DNA of 35,013 nucleotides from a virus (Duplodnaviria; Heunggongvirae; Uroviricota; Caudoviricetes): IMG/VR virus record IMGVR_UViG_2579778606_000008; one strand, 5' to 3'. Shown piece by piece: positions 18,358 to 27,273 of this stretch (position 1 is its first letter; each line of letters starts with the position of its first letter). The notes under the pieces were generated by a model. It saw only the letters and a program-made list of their open reading frames with translations, ran no database searches and was not told where the DNA came from. The position numbers and the translations under genes were made by a program.

Positions 18358-18546
18358 ATGGCATTTAAACACTATGATGTTGTCAGGGCGGCGTCGCCGT
18401 CAGATCTTGCGGAAAAGCTGACACATAAACTGAAAGAGGGCTGGCAGCCGTTTGGTAGTCCGGTGGCCATAACCCCTTATACCCTGATGCAGGCGATTGC
18501 AGCAGAAGGTGATGTGGTGGTCAGTGGTGCAACTGAGCCGGAGTGA
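18358..18546 (+). CDS. Small hypothetical protein
   Basis: 62 aa from ATG at 18358; normal composition; lies just upstream of the late terminator and holin. Confidence 0.45.
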   Translation: MAFKHYDVVRAASPSDLAEKLTHKLKEGWQPFGSPVAITPYTLMQAIAAEGDVVVSGATEPE

Positions 18547-18789
18547 TACTACGTCATCGTACTGGCCCGGCATTCCAGGCCATAAAAGACGGTCTGGCAG
18601 TGGGACTAAATGCACTGACGCTGACGGATATTACCAAAAATGCAACGTATGGCGTTGAGATAGAAAGTCTGGTGCTGGAGATAAATGCACCGGCATCATC
18701 ATAAAAAGTGAGCCAGTCAAATGGAAGGTATCGTTAAACTCACCGGTAGTGTCAGTGGGTCGTCTGAGACGCCTGCATGAGTTATCAGA

Positions 18790-18818
18790 GCCATCAGTAC
18801 TTAACTGGTGGCTTTTTT
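18790..18818 (+). terminator. Intrinsic terminator immediately upstream of the holin (tR'-like)
   Basis: Stem GCCAUCAG / CUGGUGGC (8 bp, one G-U), loop UACUUAA, followed by UUUUUU; lies inside the 5' extension of track ORF 18749..19069. Confidence 0.6.
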
Positions 18819-18853
18819 ATTGTTGTCAGCTTCCGGATAACGGGAGACGGGGT

Positions 18854-19069
18854 ATGTACCAGATGGAAAAAATCACAACAGGTGTGTCATACACCACGTC
18901 AGCGGTGGGAACGGGCTACTGGTTCCTGCAGTTGCTGGACAGGGTTTCCCCGTCTCAGTGGGCGGCAATAGGCGTGCTGGGGAGTCTGCTGTTTGGGCTG
19001 CTGACATATCTGACTAACCTGTATTTCAAAATCAAAGAGGACCGGCGTAAGGCGGCGCGGGGAGAGTAA
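18854..19069 (+). CDS. Phage-21-type holin/antiholin (pinholin S21-like) with dual start
   Basis: [71 protein letters not shown] resembles S21; start codons at 18854 and 18863. Confidence 0.8.
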   Translation: MYQMEKITTGVSYTTSAVGTGYWFLQLLDRVSPSQWAAIGVLGSLLFGLLTYLTNLYFKIKEDRRKAARGE

Positions 19070-19073
19070 AGTG

Positions 19074-19964
19074 ATGAATAAAAAATATGAACTGGTTGTT
19101 AAGGGGATAAATAATTACGGGGATAAGGTTACTGTTACTGTGAAGTCGGAAGGTGACGGGCAAGCGTCGCTGTTGTTGCCAGATGTGGCGATTAGTCTTG
19201 ACCGTACTGAAGGTGCCACGCTGGAGTTTTACGAAGCTGAGGCGAAAAAGCAGGCGAAGCAGTTTTTCATGGATGTTGCTGCCGGGTTATGTGAATGGAA
19301 CGAACCGTTGCCGGAAAAGCGCCCCGTAATTTTAGAGGCGCAGGATGTGTTGATAACCTACAAAGGAAAGCTACCGGGAAGAATTACTTGTTCTCTGAAG
19401 ATGCCGCCGTCAACACTGCGGTCAGAAAAAGATGATGTTGAATCACGTATTGAAAAACTGGAGAGCTACGTCGTTGAGCTGAATAAGAAATGGTCGATAT
19501 TGGTGCCTTCTGGCGATGAAAAGCAGTTTGCTGCGTTTGACGATTATTGTCGGAAAGTGATGAGCAGAAATCTCGCAGAGTGTTTCAGTATTCATAATGA
19601 TAATTTCAGTGACCCGGAATGGGAGTGTAACCGGCCATCCTTTGTTGTATCCGGTGATGCTGGGAAAATAACCATCTCAGAAAATGGGAAAGTAACACCT
19701 CCATCGCACCAGCACAGTGAGGAGCTCATTGAATTTGCCATTGATTACCTGAAGAACAATAAAAAGCAGGGGCTGATGAAGCGCGTTGGCCGTTGCATGG
19801 GATATCTTCAGGTAGCCGCTGAGATTGAAGCGCTGGCCAGTGGTGCTGATAAGGATGCAATTGTGCGGGAGGCTCTTCTTCGTGATTTTAATACTCCACC
19901 CTTTAAAAAAGTGCCGGCTTACTGGCTTCATCCGGGGCTGACTTATCTTAAAGTGCGTATTTAG
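19074..19964 (+). CDS. Hypothetical 296-aa protein inserted between holin and endolysin
   Basis: ATG at 19074 with GGGGAG RBS; AT-richer than its neighbours; no recognisable motif. Confidence 0.5.
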   Translation: MNKKYELVVKGINNYGDKVTVTVKSEGDGQASLLLPDVAISLDRTEGATLEFYEAEAKKQAKQFFMDVAAGLCEWNEPLPEKRPVILEAQDVLITYKGKLPGRITCSLKMPPSTLRSEKDDVESRIEKLESYVVELNKKWSILVPSGDEKQFAAFDDYCRKVMSRNLAECFSIHNDNFSDPEWECNRPSFVVSGDAGKITISENGKVTPPSHQHSEELIEFAIDYLKNNKKQGLMKRVGRCMGYLQVAAEIEALASGADKDAIVREALLRDFNTPPFKKVPAYWLHPGLTYLKVRI

Positions 19965-20000
19965 TGGGCCAGGGACAGCGGCTGAATATTTAATATATCC

Positions 20001-20534
20001 ATGAACACCAAAATCAAATACGGCCTGTCGGCTGCCGTTCTGGCGCTGATTGCCGCTGGTGCGCCTGCGCCTGACATTCTCGACCAGTTTCTGGATGAAA
20101 AGGAAGGCAACCACACCACGGCATACCGTGATGGTGCAGGTATCTGGACCATCTGCCGTGGTGCCATCATGGTGGATGGCAAACCTGTCGTTCCGGGCAT
20201 GAAGTTGTCGAAGGAAAAATGCGACCAGGTTAACGCCATTGAGCGTGATAAAGCGCTGGCGTGGGTGGAGAAAAACATCAGAGTGCCGCTGACCGAACCC
20301 CAGAAAGCGGGGATCGCGTCATTCTGTCCGTACAACATTGGTCCCGGTAAGTGTTTCCCGTCGACGTTTTACAGACGAATTAATGCTGGTGATCGAAAAG
20401 GTGCCTGCGAAGCGATTCGCTGGTGGATTAAGGACGGTGGCAGAGACTGCCGTATTCGTTCAAACAACTGTTACGGTCAGGTATCCCGTCGTGACCAGGA
20501 GAGCGCGCTGGCGTGCTGGGGTATCGACAGATAA
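20001..20534 (+). CDS. SAR endolysin (T4-lysozyme-like, phage-21 R-type)
   Basis: N-terminal signal-anchor-release segment GLSAAVLALIAAGAPAP followed by EG...AY.D..G.WTIC.G lysozyme motifs. Confidence 0.85.
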   Translation: MNTKIKYGLSAAVLALIAAGAPAPDILDQFLDEKEGNHTTAYRDGAGIWTICRGAIMVDGKPVVPGMKLSKEKCDQVNAIERDKALAWVEKNIRVPLTEPQKAGIASFCPYNIGPGKCFPSTFYRRINAGDRKGACEAIRWWIKDGGRDCRIRSNNCYGQVSRRDQESALACWGIDR

Positions 20535-20690
20535 GCAGAATATTTTGCTGAAAAATGAGGAATGGCCACGCGGGCGGATAACACGAAATCCTGCGAACTG
20601 GCGAAACGTAAGTGAATAAAAGTAAAAACCCCGTTTGTTGGCACCAAGCGAGGTTTTGTGTTTCTGACCTTGAGTAAGGCAAGGGAGAAC

Positions 20691-20873
20691 ATGGCGAAGT
20701 GTAAACGAATTCTGTTGAGGTTGACTATGAAAAATGGCCTTGAACTGAAAGCGCCTGTAACTGATGACATCAGCAGAGCACTGGCTTTTGCCATTAAGTG
20801 GGTGGCGGTCGGTGTTGCTGTGTCCCCGATGCTGTATGGGCTGGCAAAACTGGTCATTGCGTTGAAATCGTGA
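20691..20873 (+). CDS. Small protein with C-terminal hydrophobic segment
   Basis: 60 aa from ATG at 20691 with GGGAG RBS; located between the endolysin and Rz. Confidence 0.3.
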   Translation: MAKCKRILLRLTMKNGLELKAPVTDDISRALAFAIKWVAVGVAVSPMLYGLAKLVIALKS

Positions 20874-20887
20874 AGGGAGGATTAAGC

Positions 20888-21019
20888 ATGTCAGACAAAC
20901 TCATAACGCTGGCGAAGATCCTCTGTGTAATTGTCGGCATTTCATTTTCACTAATGCTGGTTGCTCTTTTTCTTTCCATGGCCTGGATGATGTTGTCTTC
21001 GTCGGGGTTGCTGGGGTGA
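20888..21019 (+). CDS. Small hydrophobic protein (43 aa)
   Basis: ATG at 20888 with GGGAGG RBS; single predicted TM; stop overlaps the Rz start. Confidence 0.35.
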   Translation: MSDKLITLAKILCVIVGISFSLMLVALFLSMAWMMLSSSGLLG

Positions 21020-21489
21020 ACATAAACCGAATGCTTTCCGCGTTTATCGTTATTCTGCTGGTGGCCTGTGGTGCGCTGTGGATGGCAACAGACCATTACC
21101 GTGATAACGCGATTACCTACAAAGCGCAGCGCGATAACAAAGCCAGTGAACTGAAGCTGGCGAACGCAACCATTACTGATATGCAGGTGCGCCAGCGCGA
21201 TGTTGCTGCGCTCGATGCAAAATACTCGAGGGAATTAGCCGATGCGAGAGCTGAAAATGAAACTCTTCGCGCTGACGTTGCCGCTGGTCGTAAGCGCCTG
21301 CGGATCAACGCCACCTGTCCAGGCTCCGTGCGTGAAGCCCCCACCACCTCCGGCGTGGATAATGCAACCGGCCCCCAACTGGCAGACACCGTTACACGGG
21401 ATTATTTCACCCTCAGAGAGCGGCTGATGACGATGCACAAGCAACTGGAAGGGGCACAGGACTATATCCGCACTCAGTGCCTGAAATAA
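21016..21489 (+). CDS. Rz i-spanin
   Basis: 157 aa; [14 protein letters not shown]...DYFTLRERL...QLEG matches lambda/phage-21 Rz. Confidence 0.85.
   Translation: MNINRMLSAFIVILLVACGALWMATDHYRDNAITYKAQRDNKASELKLANATITDMQVRQRDVAALDAKYSRELADARAENETLRADVAAGRKRLRINATCPGSVREAPTTSGVDNATGPQLADTVTRDYFTLRERLMTMHKQLEGAQDYIRTQCLK
21242..21427 (+). CDS. Rz1 o-spanin lipoprotein, embedded in the +1 frame of Rz
   Basis: [20 protein letters not shown] lipobox followed by [14 protein letters not shown]...GIISPSE, as in lambda Rz1. Confidence 0.8.
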   Translation: MRELKMKLFALTLPLVVSACGSTPPVQAPCVKPPPPPAWIMQPAPNWQTPLHGIISPSESG

Positions 21490-21799
21490 GTTTTGTTGAT
21501 GCGCCGTATCGTCGCTATATTCCCTCATTAACAGAGACCGCAGCCCGACAGGGAGACTCCTCTGCGCGAGTGTGCGGGGATAATTAAAAACGATGCACAC
21601 CGGGTTTTTACCGCGTTAATGATTCGCGGGTTTATCCCGGTGCGATGGTGGAAGAAACAGGAAGCTGTATTACAGAAAGTGCTACTACTGTATCCCGATG
21701 CGATGTATGTAATGTGAGTCAGATAATGGCACAGGATGTGGTGATGTGGCAGTCTGGAACACAGGATATATTGTCAGAATAAGACCCGTAGGAATAAAA

Positions 21800-22126
21800 A
21801 TGAAAAGACGCCTTTTACTACTTTTTCTGTTATCTGTCCTGGCAGTGGGATGCTCGCAGCAAAAAGCTGATGAGCCCCGGCAATTAGTGACGGTGTATCC
21901 ACGATATCCGGAATATGCTGCAGCAAATTATATCAAGGGGCTGGTTGAGGTTAAGTTCGATATTGGTGCTGATGGGACTGTGACACGGATCGTTTTTCTC
22001 CGCTCAGAGCCTCATAATTTGTTTCGTGATGAAGTGGTGAAGGCCATGGCGAAATGGCGATTTGAAAAGAATCGCCCCTGTCAGGGAGTGAAGAGACAAT
22101 TTATCTTTACGCCGTCACGTCCTTGA
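21800..22126 (+). CDS. Lipoprotein with TonB C-terminal-like domain (cargo gene)
   Basis: ATG at 21800; signal peptide with LAVGC lipobox; YPRYPEYAAANYIKGLVEVKFDIGADGTV...W.F resembles TonB_C. Confidence 0.55.
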   Translation: MKRRLLLLFLLSVLAVGCSQQKADEPRQLVTVYPRYPEYAAANYIKGLVEVKFDIGADGTVTRIVFLRSEPHNLFRDEVVKAMAKWRFEKNRPCQGVKRQFIFTPSRP

Positions 22127-22248
22127 TGCTTCCAGGTAGAGAGGGGCTGGACGCAGGAGAAAAATGAAAGAGCCAGCGGTTATATTTTTGTCATGGCTGA
22201 CGAGGAATGATGGAAGAAGGCGTTGTATGCCACACAACGCCTCACTGT

Positions 22249-22428
22249 TCATTTCTTCTTTTTCTCTGGTGGAACCCGATGAATAAGAGTTGCACTGGTT
22301 TCCGATGAGATGGCGATATACTCGGGCAAAGTATGCTGGCAGTTTTCCAACTGGTCAAAAATACCTGCTCTCGTCTGTTGCAATGCCTGCAGCATGCGGC
22401 GGCAATGCGCCTTGCTTTTACTAACCAT
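22249..22428 (-). CDS. Small hypothetical protein (59 aa)
   Basis: Internal ATG at 22428 with strong AGGAAGGA RBS; the longer track ORF (to 22602) overlaps the neighbouring gene. Confidence 0.35.
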   Translation of the reverse strand: MVSKSKAHCRRMLQALQQTRAGIFDQLENCQHTLPEYIAISSETSATLIHRVPPEKKKK

Positions 22429-22489
22429 CTTTCCTTCCTCTATCAGTCGCTGCGTGAACTCATCATGTAATACCAGGTAAATGCGGATG

Positions 22490-22741
22490 TTATCGGTTTT
22501 GGCTACGCAGCATAGTACAAAACGGACAGGTGCATCCCGGGACGGGGGAGGCGTCACATGTCCCTGTGATGGTTGTTCCGGGTAATGCACTGTGTGGGGC
22601 ATAAAAATGTCCGATAATTTTACTTTCTACCGCAGTTAGTTGATTCGTTGGTCCTGGTAGCACATTGGGCGAGGATTTAAATGCCAGGCAACTGAAGGAT
22701 GATGTTGCAAGGGAGATAGCGAGAATATTTCTGATTTTCAT
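22490..22741 (-). CDS. Small secreted Cys-rich protein (83 aa)
   Basis: ATG at 22741; N-terminal signal-peptide-like MKIRNILAISLATSSFSCLA; C-terminal GTCDASPVPGCTCPFC. Confidence 0.4.
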   Translation of the reverse strand: MKIRNILAISLATSSFSCLAFKSSPNVLPGPTNQLTAVESKIIGHFYAPHSALPGTTITGTCDASPVPGCTCPFCTMLRSQNR

Positions 22742-22889
22742 TTGATGATGCCTCTGTGTGAAATGACGGTAAACGACGCACTTGTGCCGGCACATAATAG
22801 CAAGCACCATAATAGATCAGATTCGATTCTTGCTGTAAGTGATAATTATTCTCGTTTTCGGGTCCTTTCCGTCGATCCAACAGGTTACG

Positions 22890-23084
22890 GGGCGGCGACC
22901 TCGCGGGTTTTCGCTATTTATGAAAATTTTCCGGGAACCATGTCCGGTTTCTCTTCAAGTTAACTATATGAAAAATAAAAAAAGAGGTCTTCTGTGAACC
23001 GGACATGCACAAAAAATAGACATGTAAGCCGGACATGACCGGTTTTGTTGTGATTGTGAAGTGAGAGTTTTTGCGAGGTGAGGA
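22890..23084. promoter_or_regulatory. cos site: cosN 12-nt cohesive end GGGCGGCGACCT (22890..22901) plus a cosB-like region with three CCGGACATG elements
   Basis: CAGGTTACG-GGGCGGCGACCT-CGCGGGTTTTCGCTATTTATGAAAATTTTCCGG is essentially the lambda cos sequence as I recall it; CCGGACATG at 22999 and 23029 and inverted at 22939. Confidence 0.75.
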
Positions 23085-23594
23085 GTGGCTACGCAGACTG
23101 AAGTTGCCAGGCATTTAAGTCTGACCGATCGCCAGCTTCGCAGATTGCAGAAATTGCCGGGTGCCCCGATATCGAATAAGCGAGGGCAACTGGATCTGGA
23201 TGCCTGGCGCGATTTTTACATATCGTATCTGAGAAGAAGTAAAAACGATGTGCCTGATGGCGATAGCGAAGACGACTATGAGGAGAAATTGCTTATTGCC
23301 AGATGGGAACTGACAGCAGAACAGGCTGTTACACAGCAGTTAAAAAATGAGGTGTCAAAAGGAAAACTTATTGATACCGGGTTCTGTATTTTTGCCCTCA
23401 GCAAGCTGGCAATGGCGTTATCCAGTACGCTTGATTCCATCCCTTTATCCATGCAGCGACAGTTTCCTGATTTAACACCGCGCCATCTTGACCATCTGAA
23501 AACCCTTATTGCGAAGGGGGCAAATCAGTGTGCGCGGGCGGGGGATAAATTACCGGATTTACTCGATGAATATATCAGAGCAACAACTGAATAA
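23085..23594 (+). CDS. Terminase small subunit (lambda Nu1-like)
   Basis: GTG start with GAGGTGAGGAG RBS; C-terminal ...FC.F.LS..A...S.LD..PLS.QR.FP.L..RH.D.LK resembles Nu1. Confidence 0.85.
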   Translation: MATQTEVARHLSLTDRQLRRLQKLPGAPISNKRGQLDLDAWRDFYISYLRRSKNDVPDGDSEDDYEEKLLIARWELTAEQAVTQQLKNEVSKGKLIDTGFCIFALSKLAMALSSTLDSIPLSMQRQFPDLTPRHLDHLKTLIAKGANQCARAGDKLPDLLDEYIRATTE

Positions 23595-25494
23595 TATGAT
23601 GAGTGCTGTCACAACAGCATTACAGCCCCTGATAAGGGCATTGCCGGTGACGCCAGTTGAATGGGCTGATCAAAATTATTATCTGCCTAAAGAATCTTCA
23701 TATGGTGAGGGAGAATGGAAAACGCTGCCGTTCCAGATCGCCATCATGAACAGCATGGGGAATGATCAGATCCGGACTGTTAATCTGATTAAATCTGCCC
23801 GTGTTGGCTATACAAAGATGTTGCTGGGGGTGGTCGGGTATTTTATTGAGCATAAATCCCGAAACAGTCTGCTTTTTCAGCCCACGGATTCTGCCGCTGA
23901 AGATTTTATGAAGTCTCACGTGGAGGCGACGATTCGGGATGTGCCATGTCTGAAAGACCTTTTTCCATGGCTGGGGCGTAAACATCGTGACAATACCCTC
24001 ACGCTGAAACGCTTTTCATCGGGTGTGGGTTTCTGGTGCCTGGGCGGCGCTGCCGCCAAAAACTACCGTGAAAAATCCGTGGACGTGGTCTGCTATGACG
24101 AACTTTCCTCGTTCGAACCGGATGTCGAAAAAGAGGGTTCGCCAACCCTGCTTGGGGATAAACGTATTGAGGGCTCTGTATGGCCCAAATCCATTCGCGG
24201 CTCGACGCCTAAAATCAAAGGCACCTGCCAGATCGAAAAAGCGGCCAACGAGTCGGCGCATTTCATGCGTTTTTATGTGCCCTGCCCACACTGTGGGGAG
24301 GAGCAGTATCTGAAATTTGGCGATGAATCCACGCCTTTTGGCCTTAAATGGGAGAAGGACAGCCCCGAAAGCGTTTTCTACCTCTGTGAACATCATGGCT
24401 GCGTGATCCATCAGTCTGAGCTTGACCAGAGCAACGGGCGGTGGATCTGTGAAAACACGGGGATGTGGACCCGTGACGGTCTGACGTTTTTCAGCGCCGC
24501 GGATAATGAAATTCCGCCGCCGCGCTCCATCACGTTCCATATCTGGACAGCGTACAGTCCGTTCACCACCTGGGTACAGATAGTCTATGACTGGCTGGAT
24601 GCACTGAAAGATCCCAACGGCCTGAAAACCTTTGTGAACACCACGCTGGGCGAGACCTGGGAAGAGGCCGTGGGCGAAAAACTCGATCACCAGGTGCTGA
24701 TGGATAAGGTTGTGCGTTACACGGCGGCGGTGCCTGCCCGGGTGGTTTATCTGACGGCGGGCATTGACTCGCAGCGAAACCGTTTTGAGATGTATGTCTG
24801 GGGATGGGCACCGGGAGAGGAAGCTTTTCTGGTGGATAAAATCATCATTATGGGGCGTCCTGATGAGGAAGAGACGCTGTTACGTGTGGATGCGGCGATC
24901 AACAAAAAATACCGCCATGCGGATGGCACCGAAATGACCATTTCCCGTGTCTGCTGGGACACCGGGGGGATCGATGGTGAAATCGTCTACCAGAGGTCAA
25001 AAAAACACGGTGTTTTCCGTGTGCTGCCGGTAAAAGGCGCGTCTGTCTATGGCAAGCCGGTGATCACCATGCCGAAAACCCGCAATCAGCGGGGCGTTTA
25101 TCTGTGTGAAGTGGGGACGGACACCGCAAAAGAAATTCTCTATGCCCGTATGAAAGCCGAGCCCACGCCTGCGGATGAAGCCACGTCGTATGCCATCCGT
25201 TTTCCTGATGATCCGGAGATTTTTTCGCAGACAGAGGCGCAGCAACTGGTCGCGGAAGAGCTTGTGGAGAAGTGGGAAAAAGGAAAGATGCGTCTGCTGT
25301 GGGATAACAAAAAGCGGCGTAACGAAGCGCTGGACTGCCTGGTGTATGCCTACGCGGCATTACGTGTGTCCGTGCAACGCTGGCAGCTTGATCTGGCTGT
25401 ACTGGCAAAATCCCGGGAAGAAGAGACGACCCGGCCAACCCTTAAAGAACTGGCAGCGAAGCTGTCCGGAGGAGTGAATGGTTACAGTCGCTGA
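23566..25494 (+). CDS. Terminase large subunit (lambda A-like)
   Basis: MNISEQQ... start overlapping the Nu1 end as in lambda; collinear similarity to gpA throughout (VEWADQNYYLPKES, CPHCGEEQYLKFGD, FVNTTLGETWE, RRNEALDC). Confidence 0.95.
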   Translation: MNISEQQLNNMMSAVTTALQPLIRALPVTPVEWADQNYYLPKESSYGEGEWKTLPFQIAIMNSMGNDQIRTVNLIKSARVGYTKMLLGVVGYFIEHKSRNSLLFQPTDSAAEDFMKSHVEATIRDVPCLKDLFPWLGRKHRDNTLTLKRFSSGVGFWCLGGAAAKNYREKSVDVVCYDELSSFEPDVEKEGSPTLLGDKRIEGSVWPKSIRGSTPKIKGTCQIEKAANESAHFMRFYVPCPHCGEEQYLKFGDESTPFGLKWEKDSPESVFYLCEHHGCVIHQSELDQSNGRWICENTGMWTRDGLTFFSAADNEIPPPRSITFHIWTAYSPFTTWVQIVYDWLDALKDPNGLKTFVNTTLGETWEEAVGEKLDHQVLMDKVVRYTAAVPARVVYLTAGIDSQRNRFEMYVWGWAPGEEAFLVDKIIIMGRPDEEETLLRVDAAINKKYRHADGTEMTISRVCWDTGGIDGEIVYQRSKKHGVFRVLPVKGASVYGKPVITMPKTRNQRGVYLCEVGTDTAKEILYARMKAEPTPADEATSYAIRFPDDPEIFSQTEAQQLVAEELVEKWEKGKMRLLWDNKKRRNEALDCLVYAYAALRVSVQRWQLDLAVLAKSREEETTRPTLKELAAKLSGGVNGYSR

Positions 25495-25684
25495 ACTGCA
25501 GGCGCTGCGTCAGGCGCGCCTTGATTTATTAACCGGTAAACGGGTGGTGTCTGTCCAGAAAGATGGACGAAGAATTGAATATACGGCGGCCTCTCTGGAT
25601 GAGCTTAACCGTGCGATCAATGATGCTGAGTTGGTACTGGGGACAACCCGCCGTCGCCGTCGTCCGCTGGGAGTGAGGTTATGA
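25478..25684 (+). CDS. Head-tail joining protein W
   Basis: 68 aa; LLTGKRVVSVQKDGRRIEYTAAS matches lambda gpW. Confidence 0.85.
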   Translation: MVTVAELQALRQARLDLLTGKRVVSVQKDGRRIEYTAASLDELNRAINDAELVLGTTRRRRRPLGVRL

Positions 25685-27273
25685 AACGAACGCCTGTCCT
25701 GATTGATGTGAACGGCGTTCCGCTTCGGGAGAGCCTCAGCTACAACGGGGGCGGCGCAGGATTTGGCGGGCAAATGGCGGAGTGGTTGCCACCGGCGCAG
25801 AGTGCCGATGCGGCCCTGCTGCCCGCGTTGCGTCTGGGGAATGCCCGGGCAGATGATCTGGTGCGCAATAACGGGATAGCGGCCAATGCGGTGGCCCTGC
25901 ATAAGGATCACATTGTCGGGCATATGTTTCTTATCAGCTACCGCCCGAACTGGCGCTGGTTGGGGATGCGGGAGACCGCGACAAAAAGTTTTGTCGATGA
26001 GGTGGAGGCGGCCTGGTCAGAATACGCAGAAGGGGTGTTTGGCGAGATCGACGTGGAAGGGAAACGCACGTTTACAGAATTTATTCGTGAAGGTGTGGGC
26101 GTTCATGCGTTTAACGGCGAAATCTTTGTGCAGCCGGTCTGGGATCCGGAGAGCACGCAACTGTTTCGTACGCGTTTTAAAGCCGTGAGTCCGAAACGGG
26201 TGGACACGCCAGGACATGGTATCGGGAACCGTTTTCTGCGGGCCGGGGTGGAGGTCGATCGATATGGCCGTGCCGTCGCGTACCATATCTGTGAGGATGA
26301 TTTTCCGTTCTCCGGGAGTGGACGATGGGAACGGATCCCGCGTGAACTTCCCACCGGGCGTCCGGCCATGCTGCATATTTTCGAGCCGGTGGAGGACGGG
26401 CAGACCCGTGGAGCCAATCAGTTTTACAGCGTTATGGAACGGCTGAAGATGCTCGATTCCCTGCAGGCAACACAGCTTCAGTCGGCCATAGTGAAGGCGA
26501 TGTATGCAGCGACGATTGAAAGTGACCTTGATACCGAAAAGGCCTTTGAATATATCGCCGGTGCGCCGCAGGGGCAGAAGGATAATCCGCTTATTAATAT
26601 TCTGGATAAGTTCTCCACCTGGTATGACACGAATAGCGTGACGCTGGGCGGTGTCAAAATTCCGCACCTTTTCCCCGGTGATGATCTGAAACTTCAGACC
26701 GCGCAGGATTCAGACAATGGATTTTCGGCGCTTGAACAGGCGCTGCTGCGGTATATCGCCGCCGGTCTTGGCGTTTCCTACGAACAGTTGTCCCGTGATT
26801 ACTCGAAGGTCAGTTATTCAAGTGCCCGCGCATCCGCCAATGAGTCGTGGCGCTATTTTATGGGGCGGCGAAAATTTATTGCGTCCCGGCTGGCCACGCA
26901 GATGTTTTCCTGCTGGCTGGAAGAGGCACTTCTTCGGGGGATTATTCGTCCGCCACGGGCACGTTTTGATTTTTATCAGGCGCGATCAGCCTGGTCACGG
27001 GCTGAGTGGATTGGAGCCGGAAGAATGGCCATTGACGGGCTCAAGGAGGTTCAGGAATCAGTGATGCGCATTGAGGCCGGACTGAGCACGTATGAGAAAG
27101 AGCTGGCGCTGATGGGCGAGGATTATCAGGACATTTTCCGCCAGCAGGTCAGGGAATCTGCAGAGCGGGAAAAAGCCGGACTCTCACGTCCGGTGTGGAT
27201 AGCGCAGGCGTATCAGCAGCAGATAGCGGAGAGTCGCAGGCCGGAAGAGGAGACAACACCACGTGAGACGTAA
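25681..27273 (+). CDS. Portal protein (lambda B-like)
   Basis: 530 aa; gene order and size match lambda gpB. Confidence 0.9.
   Translation: MKRTPVLIDVNGVPLRESLSYNGGGAGFGGQMAEWLPPAQSADAALLPALRLGNARADDLVRNNGIAANAVALHKDHIVGHMFLISYRPNWRWLGMRETATKSFVDEVEAAWSEYAEGVFGEIDVEGKRTFTEFIREGVGVHAFNGEIFVQPVWDPESTQLFRTRFKAVSPKRVDTPGHGIGNRFLRAGVEVDRYGRAVAYHICEDDFPFSGSGRWERIPRELPTGRPAMLHIFEPVEDGQTRGANQFYSVMERLKMLDSLQATQLQSAIVKAMYAATIESDLDTEKAFEYIAGAPQGQKDNPLINILDKFSTWYDTNSVTLGGVKIPHLFPGDDLKLQTAQDSDNGFSALEQALLRYIAAGLGVSYEQLSRDYSKVSYSSARASANESWRYFMGRRKFIASRLATQMFSCWLEEALLRGIIRPPRARFDFYQARSAWSRAEWIGAGRMAIDGLKEVQESVMRIEAGLSTYEKELALMGEDYQDIFRQQVRESAEREKAGLSRPVWIAQAYQQQIAESRRPEEETTPRET

Noticed and set aside
18749-18853. 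5' extension of the holin ORF from 18749
   Set aside because: The extension contains the tR'-like terminator hairpin; the holin begins at the dual-start motif at 18854/18863 as in S21
24016-24690. 224-aa minus-strand ORF inside the terminase large subunit gene
   Set aside because: Antisense to a confidently identified gpA-like gene; no RBS or recognisable motif
26017-26667. 216-aa minus-strand ORF inside the portal gene
   Set aside because: Antisense to the portal gene; composition artefact
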